Source of the DNA: an uncultured Methanosarcinaceae archaeon
Lineage (GTDB): Archaea; Halobacteriota; Methanosarcinia; Methanosarcinales; Methanosarcinaceae
Reading direction: 5' to 3'
Length of the DNA: 64,000 nucleotides
Assembly: GCA_963721455.1 (NCBI GenBank)
Contig: CAVRJG010000054.1
Span: 160,001 to 224,000 of the forward strand
Positions 18,867-30,788 of the stretch are shown here, one piece after another (positions within the stretch are counted from its first letter, which is position 1; every line of letters starts with the position of its first letter). Made by a program: the position numbers and the translations under genes. Under the pieces are notes generated by a model. That model was not told the DNA's origin. It worked only from the letters and a program-made list of their open reading frames with translations, and ran no database searches.

Positions 18867-21736
18867 TTATTTCTTTTTCGGACTTTCCGGCTGCAGAGCC
18901 GGAATTTTTCCGTGTACTATTCCATAAGCTTCGACAGCTTTCGGGGCTCCGAGAAGGAGTTTTCTAACCCTGTTATAGACACTGGGGAACTTCTGGGGGT
19001 CAAGTTCTGCAAGAAGGCCTGCAAGGATTTTTACCAGTGGGGTATGGTACTTTGCCTCCATCAGGTCTATATTTGCAAAGGCGTTGAGCATATTGACTGT
19101 ACTGTATTCGTTCACAGGAGCCAGTTTTCGCAGGATTTCCGCCAAAAGAGCCCTGCCTTCTTCGGTCTGGAGGGATTTTTTGCGGTTGCGGGCAAAACTT
19201 CCGTAAAGGGCACGCTGGTCGTTTGTCTGCTCAATCCTGAAAGCGTCTGACCTTTCCATTTCCCTGACCAGTTCGACTGCATCAACGCTGCTGTTACTCC
19301 CTATTACTGCAAGGAAGGCTTCCCAGGCAACGAGATTTTGTTTTGATTCGGCTTCAAAAATCCTCAGGACTTCAATTTTGTCAGGCGCCGAGCTGTTCAG
19401 GTATGCAGCAAATGCGCTCAGCCTGTCAGTTGCACAGGTCGCAGTCTCAAACTGCTGTTTTATCATGGCATGAATGTCGGGAGTGTCAAGAGTTGCAAGG
19501 ATGCCCAGGCAGACATTTTTAGCCTGCCTGCTCTTGATTACCCTGGCGATCTCTTCCAGAGCTCGCATCCCTTTGAGCCGAGGAATTTTCAAAGAAGCGG
19601 TAGGCGGAAACAACGGAATTCATGTATTTCCAGGCAACTGCCTTCAAGAGCTTCTGTTTTACCTCATAAAGCGCCTGGTATCTGTGGGCAAACTCATCGT
19701 CTTCGACTGACTCAAAGATGGTCAGGAACTGCCCTCCTGCCCTTTCGAGAAGCTGCCGATCGTTCAAAAGCCTGTAGAAAAGTTCGACGAAGTCTTCAGA
19801 AGGCCTTGATTCGGGATTTTTAAGAAGCCTGAGCTTTTCCCTGTCAACCAGGGTATAGAAAGCTGTAAACCTGCCTATGGTGTCTCTGTCTTTTCTTACC
19901 TGCATCAGGAGCTCGTCCTGACCCGCCCTGTAGATGAGTTTCCCGTAAAAAGAATAGCCTCTGTTAAGGGAGAGGAAGGCAGGCATGTCCACGTTTTCAA
20001 CCGTAATCTCAGCAGTTTCCCCGCTGACCCTTTCCAGGACTTCCGCAAGGTCATTTCCGTTTTCGTCAACAAGGGCTGCCCTGAATGGGAATTCCCAGGG
20101 CTTTCCGCCTTCCGGAACTTTCTGCTTGAGGAGGAAGGTGAACTTCCTGGCAGCTCTGTCGTATTCGGCTGAAACCTCTACTACAGGAAATTTCATCTGT
20201 TTCAGCCAGGTTTCGGACATTTCCTTTAAGGGCTGCCCGCTTTCTTCTTCCATGGCTTCAATCCAGTCCTGAGTAGCTGCGTTGGAATGCCTGAACTTTT
20301 TGAAGTAACGGTCAAGGCCCCGGACAAATGTATCCTTTCCTATCAGGGACTCGACCATGCGCACATATTCCGGGGCTTTTACGTAGGTGACTGCAGTGAT
20401 CAGGTCATTCGGGTCATTGAAGCCGTCAGGAATAATTGGCATGGAAGCTGCCCCGGAATCCAGGGCAAAAGTTCCTGAAGCCGGCGCGAGCAGCTCAAGC
20501 ACCCTGCCGAGCCTCTGGTAGTCCTCGCCAAAGAGGAAGGCATGGTACTGTTCTTCCACATGCACTGTCACAGCTTCATTCAACCAGATCTCAAATGGGC
20601 TTTTTCCGGTGACTTCAGACCCATTCTGGTTGTGGTGGTATTCGTGCACCTTGACCCGAATCATATATTCAAGAGCCGGGTCTGTCGTCTGCGGGAAAGG
20701 CATTATCCGGTTTGTGGTAATCGTGGTATTTCCCACGTTTTCCATGCCCCCGAAGTCCGAGTTCTGCATCCCTATTTCCCTGTACACGGTCCCTGTATAC
20801 CTGTATCCGGGACTGAGGGATCCGGGCAAGCCCGGCAAGCGTATCCCTGACTTTTCCGAGTTCTTCCAGCGTGGACTCAGGTTTTGCTTCAAGTTTCATT
20901 TTCTCTCGCTTGCGGACAAGCTCAAGGATTTCCTTCCTGACAGGCAGCTTCCCCTCATCGAACTGCTCAGGCCCTGTGAAGAGGTAAACCCACATGACTG
21001 AGTCATGCAGGACATCAAGGGCTTTTTCGGCAGCCGCTGCGTTTGAATCAGGCGGCACGAGCAGTTCCAGCATGAAGGTGCCCCCGTCAGGATACTCAAA
21101 TTCCCTGGTGAAAGTAGCATAAGTCCCCACCCCAAGGAAAAAGAGATACGTAGCCATTGGCGTGACCGAGTTGTCATAGACGATTTTGTCCCGCCCGGGC
21201 TTTACGGTGTGCCTCTCAACCACAACATCCCCGTTTGTGATCAGGTTCGTGTACCGGGAGTCTGCAATGATGGCAGTCTTATAAGTGCATTTTGCGGCCA
21301 TATCGTCAATGCAAGGCACAATCCTCTGGAACCCCCACTGCTGGCACTGCGTGATCTGCTGAGGAGGAGCCCCTGCCGGCGTTTCGTCATAGTAAAGCCC
21401 CTCAAGGATATTTTTGGTCGGCCTGCAAACCGTATCCGTAATAACCGCAACCTCAGTATGCGGCGGAATTACTTCCCTGAAATTAATCTCAAGAATCGCA
21501 TCGTCCTTCCTGTATCTGTTAGAAACCTCATACTGTATGCAGCTCACAGCCCGGATCTCAAGGTCCCTGCAGTTCAACTCCAGCTTCTCGATAGGAGCAT
21601 CCCTGGTTTTAACCCTGAGCACGGACTTCACATTCGTCCTGTCCTCATAAACATCAAACACCAGGTCCATATGCAAAACGTCAACAGTAAGTTCCCCGAA
21701 ATCTTCAGGATAATATTTGTAAAGCCTATTCTTCAT
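18867..21736 (-). pseudogene. pepN: M1-family aminopeptidase N split by two +1 frameshifts (near 20825 and 19560)
   Basis: Three overlapping ORFs carry consecutive parts: TQCQ..GF.RI; GGMEN, HEYHH-X18-E and VTYVKA; C-terminal helical domain. Confidence 0.88.
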
Positions 21737-22086
21737 AAAAAGGTCACCGAGTAAAATTAATGAGAGTTATATTATGGGATAGAAATGGAAGGTATGAGAT
21801 TTAAAGGTGTAGTTTTGAAAAGGAGAACTGTTTTTATTTACTGACTAATTTTCTTAACATGTTTCTCAAATTATAACCTGTTTTAATAAATTAATGTCAG
21901 ATTGAAAAAAATTGAATAATAGCTTTTTTAGTTTTTCTAATAGAGTCTATTCGACACTCTTCTTGGGTTTTCTATATAATATTCATTTACAAACTCAAAA
22001 AAAGATAAAAGAGACAACTATTTATTACTCAAAAATAATTGAAACTTAAAATTATTTGCCAAGACTTTTGGATTAAGATGGTATAG

Positions 22087-23477
22087 ATGAGCAAAATTGA
22101 AAGGACTATTGAATTTGTCAAAGAATTAGCCGAGAATTTTGGGGCGAAAAATGAAGATATTTTGAATGATTACATATTTCGGAATAACACAAAAGATGAT
22201 GCTCTCAATCAGGGTGGAGCATTTTTTGGGTTAATTTCTCCGGAAGAAGAACCATCTGGTCCTTATCATGATTTTTCTCTAGTAATTTTCCCAGATAAAG
22301 AAGATAGACCTTGGTTAATTTCACTTATTGTTGGTTCTCTCGGATTTAAAAATGATTATGAACTTGCAGCTTTGCCTGGTGTGAGAAGATTATATTCTTC
22401 AATCATTAGTGAAGATGGCTTCTGTAATACCTCTTTTTTGGATATAGAATCCAGTTTGCCGAGGCAACTTACGTAAAAATTCCAAATTTAGAGAAAACTT
22501 TAAAAAATTATTCCAAACTCAAATTAGCTTGTGAGATTATTTGGGAACCTGAATCCGAGGAAGGCAGAAAAATCATAGCAAGATTCATTGCGGCTTATGC
22601 ACGATTGAGAAACTTTCCCCGTAACACAGAACAAAGAAAAGCAGTCTCTAAAGCAATAGAAAAAGTCGCAAGATTTAAAGATATGAATGAGGAAAAAGAA
22701 GCATTGAGCCTTGTTTTGAAAAGAAGGTTTGTGATCATTCAAGGTGCGCCTGGGACTGGAAAAACGAGATTAGCAAAGATTATTGCACAAAAGCTTGATT
22801 CAGAAATATTCTTTACACAATTTCATGCAGAAACCAGTTACAGTGATTTTATCTATGGTATAAAACCTGACCTAGAAGCTGGAGAAGTTTCTTATGTAGA
22901 ACAGAAGGGTATATTTTACAAATCTTTGAAAACAGCCGAGAGTAAACCTGAAAAAAATGTCGTTCTTATTGTGGATGAAATTAATAGGGCAAATTTATCT
23001 AATATTTTAGGTCCAATTTTCTACCTTTTTGAATATCAGTTAGATGATAATTCTGTAGAAATTGACATAGGAGGTGGGTACAGAATACACAACATCCCCT
23101 CGAATTATTATGTCGTCTGTACAATGAACACTGCAGATCGGAGTCTAGCTGTTGTTGATTTTGCTTTAAGACGAAGATTTGCATGGTATACATTAAAACC
23201 TCATATCATCGAACCAACAGGAAATAACAAATTTTTTAAAGACGATTTCTTGAAGTTTAACGATATATTCAATTGGTATGCAGGTAGTGAAGAACTGTCT
23301 TTACAACCCGGACAAGCCTATTTTATCGCTGAAAATGAAGAGAAAATGAAAGACCGGGTTAAATATGAATTGCTTCCTCTTATCAGAGAATACCTTGCAG
23401 AAGGTCTTTTAGTAAATGCAAAGGATGAGTTTGCCAAGTACTTCTACGACCGAATAGGCGAGGTATTATTTGAATGA
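22087..23477 (+). pseudogene. mcrB: McrB-like AAA+ GTPase, frameshifted near 22470
   Basis: GAPGTGKT, TQFHAETSYSDFI.G, DEINRAN and the McrB signature MNTADRS...DFALRRRF. The second frame is open back to about 22428 (..VKIPNLEKTLKNYSKLKLACEII..) and overlaps the N-terminal ORF 22087-22476. Confidence 0.85.
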
Positions 23478-24847
23478 AGTCTCAGGAAAACATCTTCCTT
23501 GAAGTTCCTTGCCTTACTGAAAAGTCACAATCTATTTCAGGACTATTTCTCGCAAAAAAATGGTTTAAGAAAGCTGATAAGAGATATTTATCTGAATACT
23601 TACAGAAATTCATTGATTATAACAAAGATTCTTTTGATTTTCTTCAAGTCACTCCTAAAATTGAGGGAAGCGGAAAGGGAGTTACTGTAAATTTTAAGTC
23701 AGATCGTTTTATTGGTGCGATTCCACTAAGATCGCCAGATACCGGCAAGCAGATGGGGGATTTTGTAGTTAAGCCCCGGTATACCTCTGCAACTGACCAG
23801 TTTTCAGAATATGTTGAAATTGTAAATCTACTGGAAAATGAAATACTTCCTGAATTCAAGCATTCAATTCCTCTTTTGTCGCAGAATAATATGAGACCTC
23901 CTCTCTATTTGGAGGCGATAAAGTTCGTAAACTTATTCGAAAAAGCAATAAAAACCAAATGGAACAAATTTCAAACAACTAAAAGAATATATAGATATCC
24001 AAAATCTCAGGTTGATTGGAAGGAATATGTTGAAAAAGAATTCGACCCTGCGAAAAGGTTGCTTTTTCCCTGTCATGACAATATTTTGAGCAAATTCCAT
24101 AGTGAGTTCTTTGAATTAAAATACGTTTATGGCATTGCAAAGAGAGAAATTACTTCTTTTAAGACTCCTCTAAGTATTAAATATCAATATCGAGACACTT
24201 TGACGTATTTGGATAATGCATTATATGAGTTTCCTGAAAAACTGACAAATGAGCTTCAGATACATATTTCAGATCCAGTCATCATTAAAAAATTAAAGAC
24301 TCAAGGGAATAAAATTCTGAAAGGAAACTTCGAAGAGATTACCTCATGGAGAATTGATTTTTCCCTTCTATTTGAAAAGTATGTCCAATTCATATTCAAT
24401 CAAATTTCTTTGGAAATTGGAGCAACCCAGTTAAACAATTGCAAAATTAGACGTTCTTCGCATTTTAGCCCGCTTTGGAGCCTCAATTATTTAGAACCCG
24501 ATATAATTTTGATGAAAAATAACTTGGATATCGTAATAGATGCAAAATACAAATCTCACCTCTTCAACTTAAAAAACACTAGCGAAGAGTTAAAAGAAGA
24601 ACATAGAAAAGATTTGCATCAAGTACTTGCATATACTGCTTTTACTAAAAACAAGAATAAAGTTGGAATTTTATGCTATCCTTATAATGAACAATACATT
24701 TCAGAATTAGATTACATTTTCCCGTTTTCTAATACTAAAAGCAAGATCATTTTGTTGGGTATTCCCTTGAATAAATCTAAATTGAATGATCTGAAAAAAT
24801 TAATTCTCACATATCTTTCTGAAATTGAGCGAGAATATTCAATCTAA
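23474..24847 (+). CDS. mcrC: McrC-like PD-(D/E)xK restriction nuclease subunit
   Basis: ATGA overlap with mcrB; LFEKYV, LEPDI, IDAKYK and DLHQVLAY motifs; AT-rich. Confidence 0.85.
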   Translation: MKSQENIFLEVPCLTEKSQSISGLFLAKKWFKKADKRYLSEYLQKFIDYNKDSFDFLQVTPKIEGSGKGVTVNFKSDRFIGAIPLRSPDTGKQMGDFVVKPRYTSATDQFSEYVEIVNLLENEILPEFKHSIPLLSQNNMRPPLYLEAIKFVNLFEKAIKTKWNKFQTTKRIYRYPKSQVDWKEYVEKEFDPAKRLLFPCHDNILSKFHSEFFELKYVYGIAKREITSFKTPLSIKYQYRDTLTYLDNALYEFPEKLTNELQIHISDPVIIKKLKTQGNKILKGNFEEITSWRIDFSLLFEKYVQFIFNQISLEIGATQLNNCKIRRSSHFSPLWSLNYLEPDIILMKNNLDIVIDAKYKSHLFNLKNTSEELKEEHRKDLHQVLAYTAFTKNKNKVGILCYPYNEQYISELDYIFPFSNTKSKIILLGIPLNKSKLNDLKKLILTYLSEIEREYSI

Positions 24848-25059
24848 TAGGATGTCTTCGCTTTTTATTTTACCCAATTCTTTTTTTCATATCGCTCTGA
24901 CGTTGCTTCGCTCGGAACAATAACGGTCAAAGATATTAATCTTTTTTCCGTTTTCTTTTTTTCAGATCTCAACCCAGCTCCCTAAACTATAATTTCCATT
25001 ATTTTCCACAGCCCCGTTTTCCATTTATTGATCAGTTCATCACAGCCAAAAAATCAAAG

Positions 25060-25125
25060 TTACGCTGGCTCACCCCGCTGCAAGCAATGGAGTATGTTTG
25101 CGCCCCCGCTCCAAATTCCGTAAAG
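25060..25125. repeat. Degenerate palindromic REP/MITE-like element (ACCCCGCTGC-AA-GCAATGGAGT)
   Basis: Imperfect hairpin at 25072-25093 followed by ATGTTTGCGCCCCCGCTCCA. Resembles, from memory, small IS200/605-derived repeats of Methanosarcina; not verified. Confidence 0.4.
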
Positions 25126-25230
25126 TAAGACAACAAAACGACACTGTTTGTTTCAGCAAAGTTTCATAACAAAAGACTAAGGGACAAATATCGTGTAATT
25201 CCCGAAGTAATAAAATAGAAAGGGTGAGAT

Positions 25231-26082
25231 TTAATAAAATTTTTCAATCTCATGCTTTACTTCTTCAATAGAAAACTTTTGCCTTACAAGGGGCTTTTCC
25301 CGGATAGCCGGCATCCTCTCCTCAAGTATATCTCTATCCTTTTTGTAAAAGATGCCGTTCGGGATTTTTTCTTCCCATTCAAGGGACCTTTCAAAGGCTT
25401 TTATGCGGTTGTAAGGGTCATACTCTTCCTCAAGCCTGTAGACTCTGTCCCGGTACCATTTAAAAGTGTTAACCTTGTTGAAAGTGACACACGGCTGAAG
25501 AATATCAAGAAGGGCAAAGCCTTTGTGTGTTATGGCAGCCTTCATAAGCTCTTTGAGATGCTCCTGGTCTCCTGCAAAACCCCGGGCTACGAAACTGCAG
25601 TCCTGGGAAATTGCCATAGCAAGAGGATTCATTGGCTCTGAAAGGACACCATAAGGCTGGATTTTCGTCTGGGTTCCCCGGGCTGTAGTAGGAGATGCCT
25701 GTCCCTTAGTCAGTCCATAGATCTGGTTATTATGCACGAACAGCGTAATATTCGGGTTCCTGCGGATTGCATGAAGGAAGTGGTTTCCTCCTTCCCCGTA
25801 ACAGTCCCCGTCGCCTGCTACTGCGATTACGTGCAGGGAATGATTGGCAAGTTTTGCAGCCGTAGCCACAGGCAGGGTTCTTCCATGCAGCCCGTTAAAT
25901 GTATGGCATTTAATGTAGTGGGGCAGTTTTCCAGCCTGTCCTATCCCCGAAACCACGAGGAGTTCCCACGGCTCAATGCCAAGTTCTACAAGTGCCTGCT
26001 TGATGGTCGAAAGGATCTGGAAATTTCCGCACCCCGGACACCAGGCCGGAACCTGTCCTTTGTAAGCTTCAGATGTAGGCAT
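25231..26082 (-). CDS. 2-oxoacid:ferredoxin oxidoreductase beta subunit
   Basis: WCPGCGN, SGIG, LHGR, GDGD...[19 protein letters not shown] and QPCVTFN. Confidence 0.93.
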   Translation of the reverse strand: MPTSEAYKGQVPAWCPGCGNFQILSTIKQALVELGIEPWELLVVSGIGQAGKLPHYIKCHTFNGLHGRTLPVATAAKLANHSLHVIAVAGDGDCYGEGGNHFLHAIRRNPNITLFVHNNQIYGLTKGQASPTTARGTQTKIQPYGVLSEPMNPLAMAISQDCSFVARGFAGDQEHLKELMKAAITHKGFALLDILQPCVTFNKVNTFKWYRDRVYRLEEEYDPYNRIKAFERSLEWEEKIPNGIFYKKDRDILEERMPAIREKPLVRQKFSIEEVKHEIEKFY

Positions 26083-27811
26083 GCAGATCCTCCATCAGGT
26101 TTTCGATAGTAAAAGGCCTCCCGTCGTATCTGGTAATCTGGTGGGAGAATTCAAACCCTGTCTCTGCCCTTATAAGGCTTGCAAATTGCCCGCTTGCGTT
26201 ATTTTCTATGCAGATAGTAAGGTCTGCATTTTCAAGAAGCTCAATATAATCAAACCTATCCCGCTCGGAAAGAGGGTAGATCTGGCTGAAATGCATCATA
26301 GCTACCTTCTTATCCTTAGAAATAACATCAACAACCTCTTTTATCACACCGTAAGTAGATCCATGCCCTACAAGCACTATTTTTGGAGAGGGGTCGCCGT
26401 ATAAAAATGGAGCTTCGATTTCTTTCTTTATAAGCGGCAGTTTCTTCAGCAGTCTTTTCTGGACCATTTTGATGCGGGTTTCGGAGTCTTCTATAATGTG
26501 CCCTTCTTCGTCATGCTCGTCGCTGTCAGCTACGACCAGGTGTTTCCCGGCTTCTCCGGGGACCGCAAGAAGAGAGATTCCAGTATCTGAATATTTGTAA
26601 CGTTCATACTTTTCCACACCTTCCAGATCCTTTTCCCTTATGCGGTAATCATTGTAGATCAGTTTCTCCAGATCGAAGTTTTCAAAAGTCCATTCGGAAT
26701 CTGCAAGGTACTGGTCTGACTGGATAAACACAGGGATCTGGTATTTTTCCGCAAGTTCAAAAGCCCTGTTAGTGAGATAAAAAGCCTGTTTTGGGGTTCC
26801 TGGCTCGAAAATTACCCTCGGGAACTCTCCGTGCCCTGCATGAAGAACAAAAAGCAGATCTGCCTGTTCCGTGCGTGTGGGCAAACCCGTAGCCGGTCCA
26901 GGGCGCTGCATTTCCGCGATCACGAGAGGAGTTTCCGTAACTCCCGCCAGAGAAAGGCCTTCTACCATCAGGGCAAATCCGCCTCCAGAACTGCCTGTCA
27001 TTGCCCTTACGCCTGCAAAAGAGGCTCCTATCGCCATATTAATGGCTGCAATTTCATCTTCAGCCTGCTCAACAACCAGGTTATACTCTTCTGCTCTGGA
27101 AGCCATGTAATCCAGAATTCCTGTCGAAGGCGTCATAGGATAACCGGAATAAAACTTACAGCCCGACATGAGAGCTCCCATCCCGATTGCGTGAGCCCCG
27201 TCTATAAGCATGAGCTTTCTGTCTTGAGGTTCACGGATTCCTCCAAAGACCTCGCAGCGGGTACAGTTTGTAAGAGCAGAATTATATCCGGCCTCGGCGC
27301 AGGCTATATTTTTCTGGATAACTTCGTCTCCTTTTTTCTTGAAAGCTTTTCTCAGGATATCCTTAAGGGCTTCCAGTCCGAGATCAAGCAGTCCAAGTAC
27401 TGCCCCGGTTGCTACGGTATTTGCCATAATACTATTTTTTCCGACATCAAGGGCTATTTTCCTGAAAGGAATGTCTATGAATTGAGGCTCTTCAAACTTC
27501 TTTTTAGCAATTTGGGAATCGTAGAGAATAAATCCCTCATCTCTCACGCTCTTCCTGTGAATTTCGATTGTGCCCAGGTCAAGAGCTAGAAGAATATCGA
27601 CCATCTCTCTGGAGGCAGATATCTTCTGGTCGGAAAAGCGGATCTGATAAAAGTTATGTCCCCCGCGTACCCTGGACATATAGTCCTGGTGCGTAAATAC
27701 ATAAAATCCTATTCTGGAAAAGACCTGTGAAAGAGCTCCTCCTACAGTCGCCAGCCCCTGTCCGGCCTCTCCCCCTATTCGAAGTGTATAGTCCAGAAAC
27801 GAAACCCCCAA
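26069..27811 (-). CDS. 2-oxoacid:ferredoxin oxidoreductase alpha subunit (fused gamma domain)
   Basis: [28 protein letters not shown] and [10 protein letters not shown]. Confidence 0.93.
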   Translation of the reverse strand: MGVSFLDYTLRIGGEAGQGLATVGGALSQVFSRIGFYVFTHQDYMSRVRGGHNFYQIRFSDQKISASREMVDILLALDLGTIEIHRKSVRDEGFILYDSQIAKKKFEEPQFIDIPFRKIALDVGKNSIMANTVATGAVLGLLDLGLEALKDILRKAFKKKGDEVIQKNIACAEAGYNSALTNCTRCEVFGGIREPQDRKLMLIDGAHAIGMGALMSGCKFYSGYPMTPSTGILDYMASRAEEYNLVVEQAEDEIAAINMAIGASFAGVRAMTGSSGGGFALMVEGLSLAGVTETPLVIAEMQRPGPATGLPTRTEQADLLFVLHAGHGEFPRVIFEPGTPKQAFYLTNRAFELAEKYQIPVFIQSDQYLADSEWTFENFDLEKLIYNDYRIREKDLEGVEKYERYKYSDTGISLLAVPGEAGKHLVVADSDEHDEEGHIIEDSETRIKMVQKRLLKKLPLIKKEIEAPFLYGDPSPKIVLVGHGSTYGVIKEVVDVISKDKKVAMMHFSQIYPLSERDRFDYIELLENADLTICIENNASGQFASLIRAETGFEFSHQITRYDGRPFTIENLMEDLHAYI

Positions 27812-28099
27812 TATTTTTCGTTATTTTCTTACTTTCGTTTAAGATCTTCAGTTTGTTAAGATCTCCGGCTTGCTCAGTTTGTCAGTTTGCTCAGTTTTCT
27901 CGGTTTGCCCACATTTTTGTCCTGTGAGCCTTAATTATATAAGCAAATGGATTCGCATATCAACCTCGAGTTACAGCTGCTTTAAAATGATTACAGCAAA
28001 ACAGAAATAAGATTGGCCAATTTTCTTTATTCTGTTACCACTGCCCCTATTTAGCTATCTATTCTTTTCAGTCCCCTGAGGGGATATTATAATTAAACC

Positions 28100-28357
28100 T
28101 TAAATAATCTTGCTTATGCCCCTTATCTGGAAAAAGCCTGAGATACTCATTTCCGGGAAAAATGAATTTGGGAAAACTGAACAAAAAGAAAGGCTTGAAT
28201 AAGCCGGAAATTCAGAGCTTTTAAAATAAATAAAGAATCTTTCCAAAAGAATACAACCTATCAAGGCAATTCCGAGTATCAATATATCCATCTGCAGTAC
28301 GGTATATAGTATTAAAAAACAAAGCACTGAAGTAACCGCACAGGCCAGGATATCCAC
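28100..28357 (-). CDS. Possible small two-TM membrane protein or gene fragment
   Basis: Two hydrophobic segments; no recognisable family; in-frame stops just upstream. Confidence 0.3.
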   Translation of the reverse strand: MDILACAVTSVLCFLILYTVLQMDILILGIALIGCILLERFFIYFKSSEFPAYSSLSFCSVFPNSFFPEMSISGFFQIRGISKII

Positions 28358-28796
28358 AGGATTGCTCAGGAAAGCCTCCGCCTTAAATTTATAAATTCAC
28401 AATCAGATAAACATTTCCAATTGAGATAATAATTATATGATAATCCTAAAATACAATTTATATTTGACTATCTTCACAATTTTTTGTGCATTTCCACATT
28501 CCTATTAAAACTTCATACTCAGTAAAAACAGAGAGAGGACTGGAGAACAGGAAGGAGACAGTTATCTCTATTTTTTGGTTATGCAGAACTAAAACTGCCT
28601 GATTTTCAATACCCTTTAATTCCAGCAAAAAGGGAAAATGAAAGTTTTCCGGTAAAAAGACAAAGAGGAAGTATAGTCCCCATAAATGCTGCTTTGTATC
28701 AGGAAAGGGGACTTGTTTGCATGGAGGTAAAATTTAATTTTTTTGTCCTGAATGTACTGAAATAGAGATTTACTCGGAAGATATCACCCCCGAATT

Positions 28797-30053
28797 TTAG
28801 AATTTTCCACGGCCTAGCTGGGCATGAGCACGTGCCAGGTGTCCTGCAGCCTGGGCTCCTATGAGGGAAATTTCTCCTGCAAGCACAGCAGAAGCTACTA
28901 TCTCTGCAAATTTCCGAGAGTTTGTTCCGGGAATATCTCCTGCACCTGCAACGCCAAGAATATTCAGGCAATCTCTCTGAGTCCCAAGGCCAGTACCTCC
29001 TCCGACTGTTCCCACAGGCAGGGCAGGCAGAGTAACAGAACAGTGAATTTCCTCATATTTTGTAAGTTCCATGCTCGTAATTGCAGTGCTCCCTTCAACA
29101 ACATGAGCCGCATCCTGTCCACAGGCCAGGTAGATGGCAGCAATAACATTTGCAGCATGGGCATTGAAACCAAGTGCTCCTGCTCTTGCAGAACCTAGAA
29201 GGTTTTTGCTGTAGTTCACCTCAAACATGGACTCAGGCGTGCATTTCAGGGTTTCCCGGACGATTTCTTTCGGAATTGTGACTTCGGCTACAACAGTTTT
29301 TCCTCTTCCGAGAATTGTGCTTATGGAGGCCGGCTTTTTGTCGGTGCACATATTTCCTGAAAGTGCGATAGGATGTGCCCCGAATTCATCTTCTATCAGG
29401 TGAACTACTGCCTCTGTGGCTATTGTCACCATGTTCATGCCCATGGCATCTTTTGTATCGTAAGAAAACCTGAGGTACACATATGTGCCGGTTACGAAGG
29501 GTTTTACGGAAAGCAGTTTCCCAAAACGTGTCGTTTTTTCGGCAACTGTTTTCATCTGCTCGAAAATTTCAGGGCGTTTTACCCATTCATAGAATTTCTT
29601 GGCCCTATCAAGGCTATCAAGCTTGAAAACAGGCGCTCTGGTCATCTCGTCTTCAAAAATCCTTACATTTGCTCCCCCTGACTTCGTGATGACTGAACAA
29701 CCCCGGTTTACACTGGCAACAAGCGCCCCTTCGGTTGTAGCAAGCGGGATGTAATAGTTGGAATTCGCATATTCTCCGTTTACCTTCAGAAGCCCGGCAA
29801 CACCAAGAGGAACCTGAACCGCACCGATCATGTTTTCAATATTCTTCTTCGTTGTGGTTTCCACATCGAGGGAAAAGTTCTGGATATGCTCGAACTCAAG
29901 TTTTGCAAACTCCTGTATTGCAAGCCGTCTAAGTTTTACTGCTGTTGACGGGTCTGTAAATTCGTCAATCTTGCGAAAGGCTATATCGCCGTCCACGATT
30001 TTCTGTAAAAGAAGTTTATCTGCTTCATTTAGTTCATAGTCCTTTTGAAACAT
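28797..30053 (-). CDS. hmgA: HMG-CoA reductase (class I, NADPH)
   Basis: ENMIG, TTEGALVAS.NRG, DAMGMNM, SGNMCTDKK, GQDAAH and GTVGGGT. Confidence 0.96.
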   Translation of the reverse strand: MFQKDYELNEADKLLLQKIVDGDIAFRKIDEFTDPSTAVKLRRLAIQEFAKLEFEHIQNFSLDVETTTKKNIENMIGAVQVPLGVAGLLKVNGEYANSNYYIPLATTEGALVASVNRGCSVITKSGGANVRIFEDEMTRAPVFKLDSLDRAKKFYEWVKRPEIFEQMKTVAEKTTRFGKLLSVKPFVTGTYVYLRFSYDTKDAMGMNMVTIATEAVVHLIEDEFGAHPIALSGNMCTDKKPASISTILGRGKTVVAEVTIPKEIVRETLKCTPESMFEVNYSKNLLGSARAGALGFNAHAANVIAAIYLACGQDAAHVVEGSTAITSMELTKYEEIHCSVTLPALPVGTVGGGTGLGTQRDCLNILGVAGAGDIPGTNSRKFAEIVASAVLAGEISLIGAQAAGHLARAHAQLGRGKF

Positions 30054-30363
30054 GAAACCACCTGCTTAAATTATTTTTTCCATATCCTTAAAATTAATTA
30101 ACTAAAAGGTTAAAATATTCAATATTAGTGGAATGTATTATTTTATATAAAATCCATTTTTATCCTAATTATATGCATATTGGCATATAATTCATTCCTT
30201 GATGTGAGATTTCCGAGTATTTTGGAACTGTCAAAAAAATTAGCCGTGAATATAAAAAGCTTTGTTGGTTCACACAAACAATGAAAAAATATTTATAAAC
30301 ATTTTTTCATCAAATTTAAGATTTTACCGAGAAATTTTCAGGTACAGAGAAATTCAGCAGTCC

Positions 30364-30407
30364 AGTTCAAACTTAAAATTGTTAAAGTTCAAACTTAAAA
30401 TCGTTAA
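30364..30407. repeat. 22-bp tandem duplication AGTTCAAACTTAAAAT(T/C)GTTAA
   Basis: Seen directly. Confidence 0.85.
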
Positions 30408-30568
30408 TTTAGAAGTCACTAATGGATTTGGAACTTATACAGGTAGGCCGAAAGTTGATTTAAGAGAGTATTGGAAAAAAGAGGAGATACCGAAGAGTAT
30501 TGTTGGAAGATTGGTTGGGTATAACCGGAGACTGAAAAAGAAATGCTAAAATGGAAAAGGTAAGTTTT

Positions 30569-30690
30569 GTTGAAGAACATCAAGGGTTGAAGAACATCAA
30601 GAGCTGAAGAACATCAAGGGTTGAAAATGCCCGGGATTGGAAGATAGTCGGGTTGAAGTACGGTTAGGCTGAAGTGCAGTTAGGTTGAAG
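30569..30690. repeat. 16-17-bp periodic array beginning G(T/C)TGAAG: three near-identical units then about five diverged units
   Basis: GTTGAAGAACATCAAGG-like units x3, then degenerate copies. Confidence 0.75.
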
Positions 30691-30788
30691 AAAACCTTAT
30701 TTAAGAAAAGATCACAGCAAAATGGATCTAAACATTTAAAGCCAGTGTTTATCAAATACTGGACATAATTTTTAGAAGTCTCTCGGGC

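Noticed and set aside
26831-27589. 252-aa plus-strand ORF and other short overlapping ORFs in the track
   Set aside because: Opposite to or nested in well-supported genes, with no recognisable motifs.
30262-30549. 95-aa ORF
   Set aside because: AT-rich intergenic DNA spanning a tandem duplication; no start context.
30569-30690. Possible CRISPR array
   Set aside because: Period of 16-17 bp and a 7-bp conserved unit are far too short; no cas genes nearby.
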